Source of the DNA: Geosiphon pyriformis uo1
Taxonomy: Eukaryota; Fungi; Glomeromycota
Direction of reading: 5' to 3'
NCBI GenBank assembly: GCA_016748015.1
Contig: JAAOMT010000222.1
Span: forward strand, 809,924 to 873,923
DNA: 64,000 bases
Shown here in pieces: positions 26,168-39,439 of the stretch (position 1 is its first letter; every line of letters begins with the position of its first letter). A program made the position numbers and the translations under genes. The notes below the pieces were generated by a model. That model saw nothing but the letters and a program-made list of their open reading frames with translations, had not been told where the DNA came from and made no database searches.

Positions 26168-29100
26168 TTTATTTAACAAAAATAAAAAAATAAAAAATAA
26201 AACAGATATAATTATGAATTCAAAACTAAATTATCAATTTTAAAAACAGTACAGCCAAAAAAAATCAATTAATTTAAACATATTATAAAAAAAAATATTT
26301 TAATACTATTTTTATTCATCAAAATTAATCAATATATAAAAGCAGTTATAATTAAATTAAAAAACTTAAAATACATAATAATATATTTAAAAATATTAAA
26401 TATTCAAATTTAAAAGTTATTTAATAACAATTATTAGTTTTAAGTTCTAAAAAATATTTTTAAAATTAATTAAAAAAAATTATGTACCAATTTGTAAAAT
26501 TAAAAATTAAAAATTGGTTTTAAAATAGTAGTATTTAAGTTTATTATTATGTATAATTTTCAAACCTTTATTATTAAGTCTTAATTTATATAATTTATTT
26601 TCTAAGATTTTATATATATAAAATAGTTTATTTTATTTATGATCAAATTTTTTATTCCATTGTTTTTCAGTCTTAGTTTTGTGTAAGAAAACTTTATTTT
26701 TAATTTTAAATTATTAGTAATTGATTATAGTTTATTGTTATGCTATTTTTTTTGTTAAAAATCAAATATATATTAAAACAGAATTATTGTTATTATTAAC
26801 TTATATATATTAGCCAAAACTTATATAAAAATTAGGATTTTAATTTTTAACAATACAAAAAATTATATAAAAATTTTATGATATAAATCATTTATAGTAA
26901 TTAAACAATTTATATAATTTTAAATTGTATCTAATCTTCCAATTTTAATAATATTAAAAAACTAAACTGTAAATATGATAGATTAAGTTCTTTTCTTTTA
27001 TATTTACAGTTTAATTTTTTGAATTATATTATAATTTATAAAGTTATTAAAGTTTAAAATTAACCACTTTTATTATTAATTTTTAATTTTCAGATGTTGA
27101 TCAATCAAATTTTAGCCAATTAGCAATTATTAAAGTCATATTATTACATAATAAATTATCAAAGTATTATCATTTTCAAAAAGACTTTCAATTAATATTA
27201 ATTTAATCTTTATATAATTACTTTTTTATAAAGATATAATATCTTTTGGTCTGCATGTCTTCTATTGGTAATATAATATTATTAACCATAAATATTTTAT
27301 TCATACTACCATTATATTTGGTTGTTATTATCAAGACAAAAATCCAGATATCAATATTGTTTACACCAGATGTCAAAAGAATCATAAAAATATTATAAAC
27401 AATTATTGGAGAATTTGGGAATATTATTTGCACTCTATTTGTAACTTTGTGTCTCTTTTGATAAACATTAAGAACAACTGGCTTTGGTCTTAAGAGCAGC
27501 AGATTTAAGACAATAATTGAAATGACTGTAACATAATTGGCTGTTAGCCCAAGAGTAATACTGTGAACAAAATGTTTGGTATTAAAAAACATTGCAAAAA
27601 ATTGATTATTTGTCTTAACTTTTATATCTTAAAGCAAAAGTGTGATTCAAAATTTATGAAAAAAATTAATGCAATTAATTTTTTAATAAATAGACTTTAT
27701 GATAAATTATAAATGGCTTACCTTTTTTTACAGCATTATATACTATAATATTTGAAGCATATATCTTAGAGTGGGCAATATTATTTAATGGCTTAGTAGA
27801 TATCTCTAATCTGTTTTTATTTATGATTAAAAAAATCTGCCAAATGCTTTTGTAAACACTATAATTGTTGACTTTTATGTAATTTTTAGGTTTTTCTGTG
27901 CAATAAGTTTAATGTTTGTCTTATTATCTGATGTTTAATCAATAATTTGCATTTTATCAGAGTTGGTTTCTTTTTTTATATGTTTGTTTTCATTATGTGG
28001 ATGCATTAGTTTAGGCAGATATGGGGTTTTTTCTAGAGATTTTAAAACAAAGCCTTTAAAATAGATTAGAGAAATTGGATGAGGTAATATTGTAGTTAAA
28101 GATAATTGATCATATAACTTGACCATTGAATTAGACAGAATATATGACTGGCTAATATTTGTATTATCTGAAACTCTAACCTTTAACTTTATTTTTCCAA
28201 TTGTTAATAGTAGCAAAAAATTTTAATGCCACTACATATTAAGATTCACATACATAGACATTATTGTTATCAAATTTTTTGGGATATTCTATAAATAGAT
28301 TTTATGGAATTAAACTTACAGTAATTATACCTTAAACATAATATCTATATGCATAACATATAATTTTTTTACAATATCTTAAAACATATGTTTTTTAATG
28401 ACTAATGTTTTGAACACTTCTTTTTTATAAAATTTCAGAAATAGATTGTATTCTGTTTAATGAAAGAAATAATTAAAAACTTAAAAATATAAAACATAAG
28501 AATAGTATTTATAATTAAAAATTAATTTGATTAGATTTGAAAAAAAAACCTGCAAACTATTTTTGCAATCTATAAGAGATAAAAAACAGTAAACATCTTT
28601 GAAAATTTTGACCAGTATTATTTTTATTATAATGTGGATACTTATTTTGAATTCACAAATAACTTTTCAATGATTATAATATTGTATGTCAAAAAATTGC
28701 TTAGATTTAAGAGATATATGAAATTTTTTGTAATAAAAGTTTCTGGTTAAATTTAATATTTGAATAATGAATTATACCAAAAAGAAATATAATGACTAAA
28801 ATACTTATTATGTATTCGACTAAATTATAATCTAGTTTTAAAATTGGTTTCTTAGACTGTAAAAAAAATTTTAATTGTTAAATATTTTAACAACTTATTA
28901 AAATGTAATATATAATAACTTATTACAATAATCAAAAAACTTACATCAATTGGTATTAATTTAAGAGAATCAGATTGGAATTAAAAGATCTTTGGTTTTA
29001 TTTTAATTGAGAAAACTGAAATTGTTTTAAAGCCCATAATCTTAAATAGTTCTTTTTTATTAGTGTTGTATATTTTCTAATAAGTTCATTTTGATGCAAA

Positions 29101-29499
29101 AAATATATAAAATATATTAGTTCAAATAAATAAAACCCAGATTTTTTTGTAAAGACTTAATAAACTTCTTATTTGTAAGAATTTGGCATTTTTGAAAATA
29201 CATGAATCATCATTAAAATACATGGTATTTTTGAAATCAATTGCAAATTTTGATTAAATTCATAAATAAATAATATTCTTTTTAAATTTTCTATTGATGT
29301 AATGTAAAAAACATATATTAAGTATTAAGTGACCAATAAAAAAGAAGTGCATAATACTAATCTTAATCATGTTTAAGAATTTTGGCTTTTTGATTACATC
29401 ATAATATTCTGGATATTCTTCTTTGAACAGTAAATCCATAAATAATTTAGCATATTTTTAATTACTAAATATAAAAATAAGAGGTCACAACTAAGCTGT

Positions 29500-30469
29500 T
29501 GTTACCAGTAGAATTTTAGCTATTAATTAGCATGAAATTACCTTTATAATTCCTATAATTAATTAGTATATTAATATCATTTCAAATTATCATTTATTAT
29601 TTAATCAATTATCACATATCACGATTCAATTAAATAATCCAATTAGTATAACAAAAAGTAGAATGATCAAATTACACAATACCCTGAACTTTGTAACATT
29701 CAAAAGTTCGCCGAAATTTATAAAAAATTCGTCGAAATTATGAATAGTTCACCCAAATTAATCAATAGTTCAGCGAAATAACTTGTAGTCCATCAAAATG
29801 TATCTTTAGTTCGCCAAAATTTGAGCAAAAAGAAAAAGTGCAAGTTCATAGACTAGTACTACAACAAGTTGTATAAAAGAAAAGCTTTTCTTTTCAAGAA
29901 AATGTATCTTACTTTAGATTTATCACTTAGAACCATTCCTATACACACAAAGAGAAATAAATATCAAATAATTTGAAAAACCAAATTCTTTAATTATTGC
30001 ACTTGAAAAATCCCCAAAACCCAACTAACATTTTGAAATTGATTAGCTACCAATTTCAGTAAACTGTTAGTGACTCCAGGCTTAGATAGAAAACGTTTCC
30101 CTTGACAAAATTCTATTTCTTTTATATTTCTTTATTTTTCTTTTCTTTTCTTATTACAATCATTAGGGTAGCCTACAGACAAGATTTTTGTAGAAGAGTT
30201 GACTTTCACAGCAAAGTAACTACACATTTTTAGTAAGCTTCCAGACAAGCAATTCTTGGGAAAGAGTTGATGTTCACTACAACATAACTACATAAAGTAA
30301 CTGGCATAGAATTGGCCATTTAATTCATAAGCCCAGCAGTTCAAATTATAAGAGATAATTTGAAGATAAATTCAGTTATTGGAGGTTCAATTACTTCTAG
30401 AAAACATGAATTTGCAACCAACAGACATTTACAACATTTAAGAAAAGAGACCAAAAACCTCCAGTAACA
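29500..30469 (+). repeat. 5' LTR of Ty3/Gypsy element (970 bp)
   Basis: Starts TGTTAC and ends GTAACA (inverted termini, TG..CA). Followed at once by a PBS. A homologous solo copy lies at 24980-25939. Confidence 0.9.
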
Positions 30470-30487
30470 TTTGGTGCTCTCCCAAGG
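30470..30487 (+). promoter_or_regulatory. Primer-binding site (TTTGGTGCTCTCCCAAGG)
   Basis: TGG lies 2 nt after the LTR end. It is complementary to a tRNA 3' end ..GAGAGCACCA; tRNA identity not determined. Confidence 0.75.
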
Positions 30488-33400
30488 AAATAACACAGCA
30501 ACAACAAATTCAAAGTGATAACCACACCAGACACAACAACTTTAGAGTATCATCAGTCAATTTACACCCACTGCAAGCAAAGATTCAACATCCCAGACGG
30601 AATTGAAGTTGTCAAGAAATCAGTATACCAATATATTGAAAATCACATCAACAATTATCTTTTTGGAAATTACAACATTTTAGAAGTTAGAAGCAACCTC
30701 TACAATAATCTAGTGCTCTATTCATGATTGGGAACTAAAGACCTTAACAGTGAAACACTTGCCACCTACTTTCAAGAACTCAATTACAACATTATCAAAT
30801 ATTGTGAAGAAAAATATCCAGTACAGTCTAAATATTCTCTTAACTTTGAATCAGAAACAGAGACAAGCAACAAAGACAAACAAAAAGTGAAACAATACTC
30901 AAGAACCACTCCAAACACTCCAATACTACCAAAAACAACTGCCAAACACTTGCAAACACCTGAACAAGAAACCAGTATCAAATTACCACTTTCTATTACA
31001 CCATTTCCAATTTCATTTATTCAACCACAAACACCAAGTTCACCACTTAACCATTTTTCCAAACCAGAAGATTTTCAGTCACCTAAAAATCCTACTCAAC
31101 AACAGAAACCAATATCAACAAGTGCCAATATCATTGATTACTTACAAAAAAACGAAAGTAATCATTCAAAAAGCTTGGAAAGTGAAGAAACTAAACCAGA
31201 ACCAGAAGAAGCCACAGAAAATGAAAAAAAATGACAACTGCTTATATTGCAAAGATTCCAGAATTCACTGGTGAAGATAATGATACCAGTTCTCAAGAAT
31301 GGCTTGACAAAGTTCAAAAAGCAGAAGATGCAAATGGTTGGAATGCAGCAAGAATGCTTAAAGCAATTCCATACTTTCTCCAAGGAACTGCAAGAGAATG
31401 ATTTAAAAACTTAGAAGAACTATTTGAAAACTGGCAAGCATTCAAAAATGCTTTTCTACAACAATTTACCGACAACAACACCTCTATCACTCTCAGAAAC
31501 CACTTTCACAATATCAAACAAGAAACATCTGAAACTGTTATGATCTATCTTGGAAGATTTAACAAACTTCTCAGATGAATCCGACAATTGGAAACCAATG
31601 ACTACTATTCTGATGCTCAAATTCTGAATCAGTTTATAGCAGGGTTAAAAGACAAACTGATTAAGAAAGTCCATCTACATGCTCCAGCAGACTTAGCAAC
31701 TGCTATTAGACATGCAAAGAATTATGAAATGGCTATGGAAGAAGCAAACCACACCAAACTTATTAACTTGGCTATTGGAGAAACCAGCTCAGCAGCTGAA
31801 AAAAAGATAGACCAACTCACAAAGAAGATTGAAAGCTATTTTACAAACCAGCAACAACAGCAGCAACAACCACAAAAATATTAACCACCACAGTGATGCA
31901 ACCAAAACAACTTTGGACCACTATCCAACAACCAACCTCAAAATTGTCACTATTGTAAAATTCCAGGACACTGGAAACGAGATTGCAGGAAACTACAAAG
32001 AGACCAACAAAACAGGAGTAATCAACGTTACTCTTCACCACAACAATCTTATTACTAACTTCCACCACCAACTTATTATTCACTGAGACCACAAATTCAA
32101 AACAGCTATTATCAACTAGCTCCACAACCAATTCAACAACAATATCAGCAACTTTTACCAATTCAGCAATATCAGACACCACTCACTCAACAATATCAAG
32201 TACCAGCAAGAAGATTGGTTCAACATAATCAATTTACACCCCAAAATCAATTTCAGTATAACAACAACAGAATTAATCCAAATAATCAGTTGGTTCTCCA
32301 AAATTCTGGTCAGCAAAGACCCAATTACTATCACACTCAACCCAGTTATCTTACAATACCAGAAGAATCGGATTTTCAACAACCTGCATTTTCTGAAAGT
32401 AAAGTTGCAGCACCCAGATCAAACTCTTTCAACAACACTATTCCACCAGCTCAAATTGCCCAAAATGCAATCTTTCAGATATATTTTCATTCGAATTTGA
32501 AGCAAATGAATCACCATTCTTGCTTAGTAATGCAGCAGCTAATGAACAAAAAGCTATCACTGTCATGTACACTGAAGCTACAGTAGAAGGAAAATTCATC
32601 TGACTAATTCTAGACAGTAGATCAGCTGGAAGTATTATCACTTACCAGTTAATGCAATAGCTTCAAATAACTGTTAACAGACCAGCCCAAACTGTAATTG
32701 TTACAGCAGATAGTATAAAAAAGACACCAGTAGAAGAAATTGACAATTTTTCATTCACTATTGATGGAATCACCATTCCAGTCAAAGTTCTAGTCATGGA
32801 TGCACCCCAATATTAAGCTCTGGTCAAAAATGATTGGCTTCTTAAGGCCAATGCAAACTTGGACTGGAAAACTCAGGAATTAAAAATCTCATACCAAGGA
32901 CAATACATCATAGTACCTGCTACTTGTGGTACTTTTAACAAATAATCAGAAAAAGCCCCAGTATTTGAATTTGAAAAGGAGAAAAAAATGCCACTTACTG
33001 AAACCTACATGGCTCTTGGATCAACATTCAATTGGGCTGAAGAAACAGAACAGGAAATTTTTGAAGAATCAAGAAGATGGAAGAAAGTTAGATATTCTAC
33101 ATTAGAACCATGGAAACAACCACCCTATATTCCACTCAAATGCAAAGATTGCAACAAGAAACTTTCATCAATGGGAGCATGTATTTCTCCAGAAGAGGAA
33201 TATAAAACTCACACCTATTACTTTTGTAAAACATGCCATAGAAAATGATTTGGATTTCCAAAAAGAAGTGGAAAATGGGACAAAATATCTTGCCTTACAT
33301 GTGGAAATATATTACCAAAAGAATACAACTGGATTAATGTTGCAATGAAAGGAGGAGTATGTGATCAAACCTGTCAATATGCTCTATCAATTTCAGAAAA

Positions 33401-33859
33401 AGTCAGAAGAGAAACACTATTTAATGCAACATATAACAGTATTCTCAATAAACTTTACCACTACTCTCATAATGCTGAAATGATTTTTGACTTAGCAATA
33501 GCATTGATCAATAGAGCCACTCAAGAAGATGTCTGTCAAATAAAAGAAGCTGAATACATTGAGTATACCATAGAATTAGCTGGATTTGATTATAAAAATA
33601 AAGCAGAAACATATTACCAAATTGCAAGCCATACATATCCGACCAAAGAAGCTCAAATCTAACAATTAGAGCAAATAAACATTCAATTGTGTGAAGAATA
33701 CATTATGCCTTGTGATAACCAATGATGTTTAGAATGCTATGCTCTTAGCATTCCCCTGCCAGAAGAGAATGATGAAAATGAAATCAAATTTGGAGTATTC
33801 GAACTAGTAGAAAAACTACCAACTATCCCCATCTATCTCCTTGAAAAGCAACCACCTTT

Positions 33860-34292
33860 ACAACTTAAATATTTTGACAACCATGGCCAAGGAATCAGAC
33901 CAGAAAAAGCACACAAAATTGATGCCGGATATGACCTAAGATACCCAGAAAAAGATACTTTGGTTCTCCAATCAAAGTCTTTGACAAAAATTAATCTCAA
34001 AATTGCTCTTAAAATTCTACCTGGAGCAATGGTTCAAATTGCCTTTAGATCATCATTGGCAAGCAAAGGAATCAATATTAGAGGAGAAGTTATAGATGCA
34101 GGATACACTGGAGATATTACCATTATGCTGCAGAATGAAACAGACAAATCATTTAAGATTGAACATGCTGAAAAAATCACTCAAGCAATTTACCTACTCT
34201 TAATCAATATTTCGAGTCTACAATTAGTTAACAACAGAGAACAATTGAGAAAAAGTGAAAGAGGAACTCAAAGTTTTGGTTCAACTAAATGA
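33860..34292 (+). pseudogene. Retroelement-encoded dUTPase domain
   Basis: dUTPase motifs 1-5: DAGYDL, RSSLASKG, EVIDAGYTGDI, EKITQAI, ERGTQSFGST. In the pol frame between protease and RT. Confidence 0.92.
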
Positions 34293-37200
34293 TTTACAGT
34301 TCCAGTAAACATAGCCCTTAAAATACAAAATGAATCTCACCAGATTCTTTAACTTCCCCAACCAATTACTATTTCACCTTTTGAAGAACATCACGAAATT
34401 TACACTTGCTCAAAACTTACTACTACTCAACAAATCTTTGAATCCAATGAACAAATCTGTTTGAAGCATGAAATCTCAATTCCAAACGTTTATATTCCCA
34501 AAGGAATGAAAAAATTTCAAGTTACATTCTACAACCCCAATAATTATCCTATTGTCTTATTAAACAAATTAGAGATTGGAATCATACACAGCAATATTTT
34601 TCAAGATAAAAACCCTTAAATTGTTTCTAATTTTATCGAAATTATAAGGCACACTCTATTCTCAAATCCAAATATCATTTTTACCACTAAAAACTACCAT
34701 CTTTTGTAAGAAAAACTCTCTCGTATTAACATTGGTCTTTTAGAACCTTAACAACAAAGACAATTGAAACAATTGATAGCTGAATTTGCAAATATATTTG
34801 CAAAAGACAACAATGACTTGGGAAAAACGGATATTGTTCAACATTAAATCTATACAGGAGATGCTCCACCAAAACGTCAGCAAGCTTACAGAGTGCCACC
34901 TGCCAGTTACCAATTCATCAGAGAAGAAGTTCAGAGAATGCTTAATAATGGATTGATTCAACTATCAAGAAGTCCTTGGGCCTCACCAGTAGTTTTTGTC
35001 AAAAAAAAAAATAGAAAAATCAGATTTTGTGTTGACTATTGCCAATTGAACAGTGTAACAATTAGAGATGCTTACCCTCTTCCAAGAATTGATGACATGC
35101 TAGATGCTCTAGAAAAAGCCAAGTTTTTCTCAACTTTAGACTTAGAAAGTGAATACTGACAAGTTGAAATGGACCCAAAAGACCAACCCAAAACAGTATT
35201 TACCACCCAAGAAGGAAACTATGAGTTCAATGTTATGCCTTTTGGACTCTGCAATGCACCAGCAACATTTCAACGACTCATGAATGTTGTATATGAAGGA
35301 CTCTTATGGCAATCAGTAGTTGTTTACCTTGATGACACTGATGTGTATTTACCAAGCTTTGAAGCCCATTTTATTCACCTGCAAGAAGTTTTTCAATGAT
35401 TATAGAAAGCAGAATTAAAATTAAATATTGAGAAATATCACTTTGGAAAAACAAGCTTAATCTTTCTTGGACACATTGTAAGCAAAGATGAAGTCAAACC
35501 AAACTCTAGAACAATCAGTGCTGTCAAAAACTTCCAAACTCCCAAAAATACTACAGAACTACGAGGATTTATAGGATTAGCCTTCTACTATCGGAAATTC
35601 ATTAAAAGATTCTCAGAAATTGCCAAACCACTCAATTATCTTACCAACAAAAATGTGTCATACAAATAGACAGAAAAACAACAGAAAGTTTTTGAAACTC
35701 TCAAAACAAGATTGACAACAGTCTCAGTTCTTGCATACCCAAACTTCAACAAACAATTTCAACTAGCCACTAATGCTTCATACATAGCATTCGGTGCTAT
35801 ATTATCACAATTAAATGAAAATGGGCAAGAACAAGTTATCACCTATGCTAGTAGAACACTCAAACCAACAGAACTAAAATATGGCTCAACTGAATTAGAA
35901 GCTGCTGCAGTTATTTGGGCTCTTAAACATTTTTAACAATATTTGAAGAATGGAAAAGAATTTGACATAATAACAAACAACATTGGTCTCAAATGGCTCA
36001 ATAAAAAGAAAACTGAACAAAGTGCCAAACAGTTTCGATGGAATGACTTCCTAGCAGACTACAAATATATTGTACACCACAAACCAGGAAAACTACATAC
36101 CAATGTTGATAGCCTCTCAAGAATGAGACAAAATTAATACCAACAACAAATTCCACCACAACTTACCAACCTACCAACAAAATAACCAAACAAGAATGGA
36201 TCTCAGAAATTACAGCAATCTTAAAAATTATTTAGAGACTCTTATCATACCAAAAAACTGGTCTCCAAGTGAAAAACATCATTTACAACACCAATCAAAA
36301 CAATATTTCATACACCAGAACAAAATTTATTATAAAAATTACAGAAACTCAAACCAACCACTCAGATTAGTACAAGAGAATGAAAAAGAAACAATTTTAT
36401 ACAATATGTACACAGATCTATCTTCAGCACACTTGGAAAAAGATGGAACAATTCAAAAAACTCTTGAATATTATTTTTGGCCTTACATGCAAAAAGACAT
36501 TTGACAATATATAGAATCTTGTCATAGTTGTCAAAGAAGAGAAAAAACTTGCCCCACAGAACCTTTAAATCCAATCAAAGTTGGACAACCTTTTGACAGA
36601 GTTGGAATTGATTTAGTCGGACTATTACCTATCACAACCCAAGAAAATCACTATATTGCAGTAGCAGTAGATTATCTTACCAAATAGCCAGAATCTAGAG
36701 CCATCCAAAGAGCAGATGCAAAATTAGTAGCAAATTTCATCTATGAAGACATTATTTGTAGACATAGATGCCCAATTGAACTTTTATCTGATCAAGGAAC
36801 ACATTTTGTGAACAACTTGATACAAGAAATTTGTGAACAATTCAATATCAAAAGATTTCTATCATCATCTTATTACTCTCAAACAAATAGACTTGTAGAA
36901 CATTTCAACAGAACATTGTGTAAATTGTTGGCCAAAGTCTCAACAGATTTTGAGCAGGAATAGGATATCTTTATTCCATCAGTGTTACTAGTATACAGAA
37001 CACTAAAACAAGATACTATGAAACACACACCATTTGACCTTACTTATAAAAGGACAGCAACATTACCAATTAATTTTACAGTAGAAACATACTCAGTGCA
37101 ACCAATCAATAAAGAAAACTTTCAAAAAACACTCCAAAAAAGGGCCTACACTCTTTTCAGTACACTGGAAGGAAAAAGAAAGATAGCAGCAACTCACATT

Positions 37201-37761
37201 GAACATTCCCAAGCTTAACAAAAAGAAAGACATGACAACAAATTACCATTTATTATCAATGAATTTAAAGTTGGAAATAAAGTTCTCTTATACAGAACTA
37301 AGACTGAAAAACAATGGAGTGGAAAATTTGAAAACAAATGGGATGAACCATTTTATATTCACAAAATTTTAGGCAATGGATTATACAAGTTAAAACTTGA
37401 TGATAAAATACTAGCAAAAGTTACATATGGAGACAGATTGAAACACTATAATTCCAGAAACAATCTTAAAACATTAATTCCACAAATTGATACACATTTT
37501 CCTTTAATTAATCCTGAAGATATTTCCCGAAATTTAGAACCAATAATTATAATAGAACAACAACTAAACTTGAACACTTAAATTTTACAATAATTCTTTA
37601 ATAAAAACACAAAGACAAAAAATAGTAAATAATTACAAAAAACACCCAAACCCAAAAACAAATAAAAACTTCATATCCAAAAATAATTTTCTTTATTCTC
37701 CCTTTTCATAATTTGTCAATTTTATTATGATTATTCCCCAAAATATTCAACAAATATCTCA

Positions 37762-39439
37762 TGCCTTTGTGGAACAATTGTGTCAATGCAATGGTGGTGT
37801 TTTTGACTGGAAGACTTTCAAGTGTTGGAAAAGGCTGGATCCACGTGGCCCCATTCCTAATTGGTTTGGTGTCTCTGTTGATTATCTTGGTGGTGTGGGG
37901 TCATCTTCTTCTATTCATGGCTGTTCGGTGGGCATTTTTTCTACTCTTAGTGTCTTGGAATCCACTGATTTTGATTTGGTTTGTAATTGTTTGTTGGGAT
38001 TGGTTGCTGATAGCCTTTTGGTCTATACCAATAGATCCTTGGCTGGTTTGGGCACTCTTAGTGTTAAATCAGGTGCGGCAGTTTTCTTTAATGATATTAA
38101 TATGGGTTTAGGTGTTAAGGTCTCGGATTTGTTGTTATCTACTTTGGCAGAATTGCAAGCTATTGCACTTGCTCTCAAGTGTGTTCCTACAGTTAACAAA
38201 GTTAGCTTATTTTCAGATAGTCAGGCCGTGTTGGATGCTTGCAGGTTGGAATTGGGTTTTGTGCATCCGGATTTTTGGAATAATTGTTGGGTGGAGCGCC
38301 ATCATATTGCTGGTTTTGTTTGTGCTAAAAGGTTGGATGTCAGCTGGTGTAAGATTAAAGGACATTCTGGTGTTGTAGATAATAACTGGGCTGATGATCT
38401 GGCTGGCTGTGCGGCTCTTTCTGATTTTGTTCTTCCCCCCTGGCTGGATGAGTGGTTTATTCTGGCTGGTGGTAGTCCAGTTTTGGGTAATTCTAGACAT
38501 TTTGTGCATGATATTTATTGGTTTATTCATTGTTTACATTAGGGTTTCAGTTCAGGTAATAGGGTTATTGCTGGTAAATTGCTCACAGATATTGATTGGT
38601 GCAGGTCCTCTTCTGTCTGGCATCCCGATTCACACATGGCTGCTGGTTTCATCAGTATTTGGACTACTGGCTTGCGCATGTATTTTATGAAAGCTCTGCA
38701 TCATAGACTGTCTGTGGTCATTCGCAAACACCTTTATGATAGGAGTTACCCTAGTGTGGTTTGCTTGTTTTGTGGAAATGTGGAGGTCTCAAACCATGTT
38801 TTTTCTTGTAATTCTGACTTTGCTAATCGTGATCGGCTGCTTGGTGATTTTGCGGTTAAATGGGAAGGTATTTCTGGCCTTCGTGGCCCTTCTTTTCATG
38901 TGCTGCAAACTTTTTCTTTGTGTATTCTTGACACTTCGGTCTGTGTTGCTCTATGCAAAGGCTTTGTTTTTAATGATTGGTTTTTTGAGGCGGTTTCTGT
39001 TTTTGGTGACCTGAAACTTGCTGGTGCAAAAATTGTGGACTTTGTTTGTGATTTTTGCCTAGCTTTTAGAGATGATATTTGGTTGGTCCATGTCAAACAT
39101 CGTGTCTTTATGGAGAAACATAGGTTAATTCCTCAAGACAGTTCTGTGCTAATTTCTATTTCTGGTTTGTCTTCCCTGTTTTTGGCTGGAGTTGTCAGAT
39201 TGTTGGGTATTGATGATGCATTTGGCATTAGGTTTGGTTTGTGCAAATTTAGTTTGTTCATTTCAGGTGCTTTAGATGTGGTTTCTGTTCATATAGGTGC
39301 ATAGTGTTGTTCTGATTGGCCTGAGTGGCTAGTCACATGTAGAAAGTGCATAATTCATGCCTAATTTAGATCAATTATTTGATGTATAGTTTTAGGTTGT
39401 GTTTGGATTTCACTTAATAAATGTAAAAAAAAAAAAAAA
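37762..39439 (+). mobile_element. Young 5'-truncated LINE (RNase H + CCHC + 3' UTR + polyA) nested in the Gypsy element, 10-bp TSD
   Basis: TSD AAATATCTCA at 37752-37761 and 39440-39449. AATAAA at 39416, then polyA. RNase H VYTNRSL..SGAAVFF..STLAELQAI..FSDSQA..KIKGHSG..NNWADDLA; CLFCGNVEVSNHVFSC. One in-frame stop (38540-38542); CpGs largely retained. Confidence 0.95.

Noticed and set aside
26900-29490. Possible Helitron or other TE relic (CS*CLSK...NIPKFSNN on the minus strand near 27400-27480)
   Set aside because: Only one weak motif. No Rep/helicase motifs or termini could be read, so it is left unassigned.
32455-32480. Frame change between gag and protease as a programmed ribosomal frameshift
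   Set aside because: No clear slippery heptamer. A single-base deletion in a decayed single-ORF element is the simpler reading.
39311-39350. CTGA...GAAA in the LINE 3' UTR as a possible hammerhead ribozyme
   Set aside because: The core CUGANGA is not met (CTGATTG, CTGAGTG) and is not conserved in other copies. Helices I/III cannot be built.
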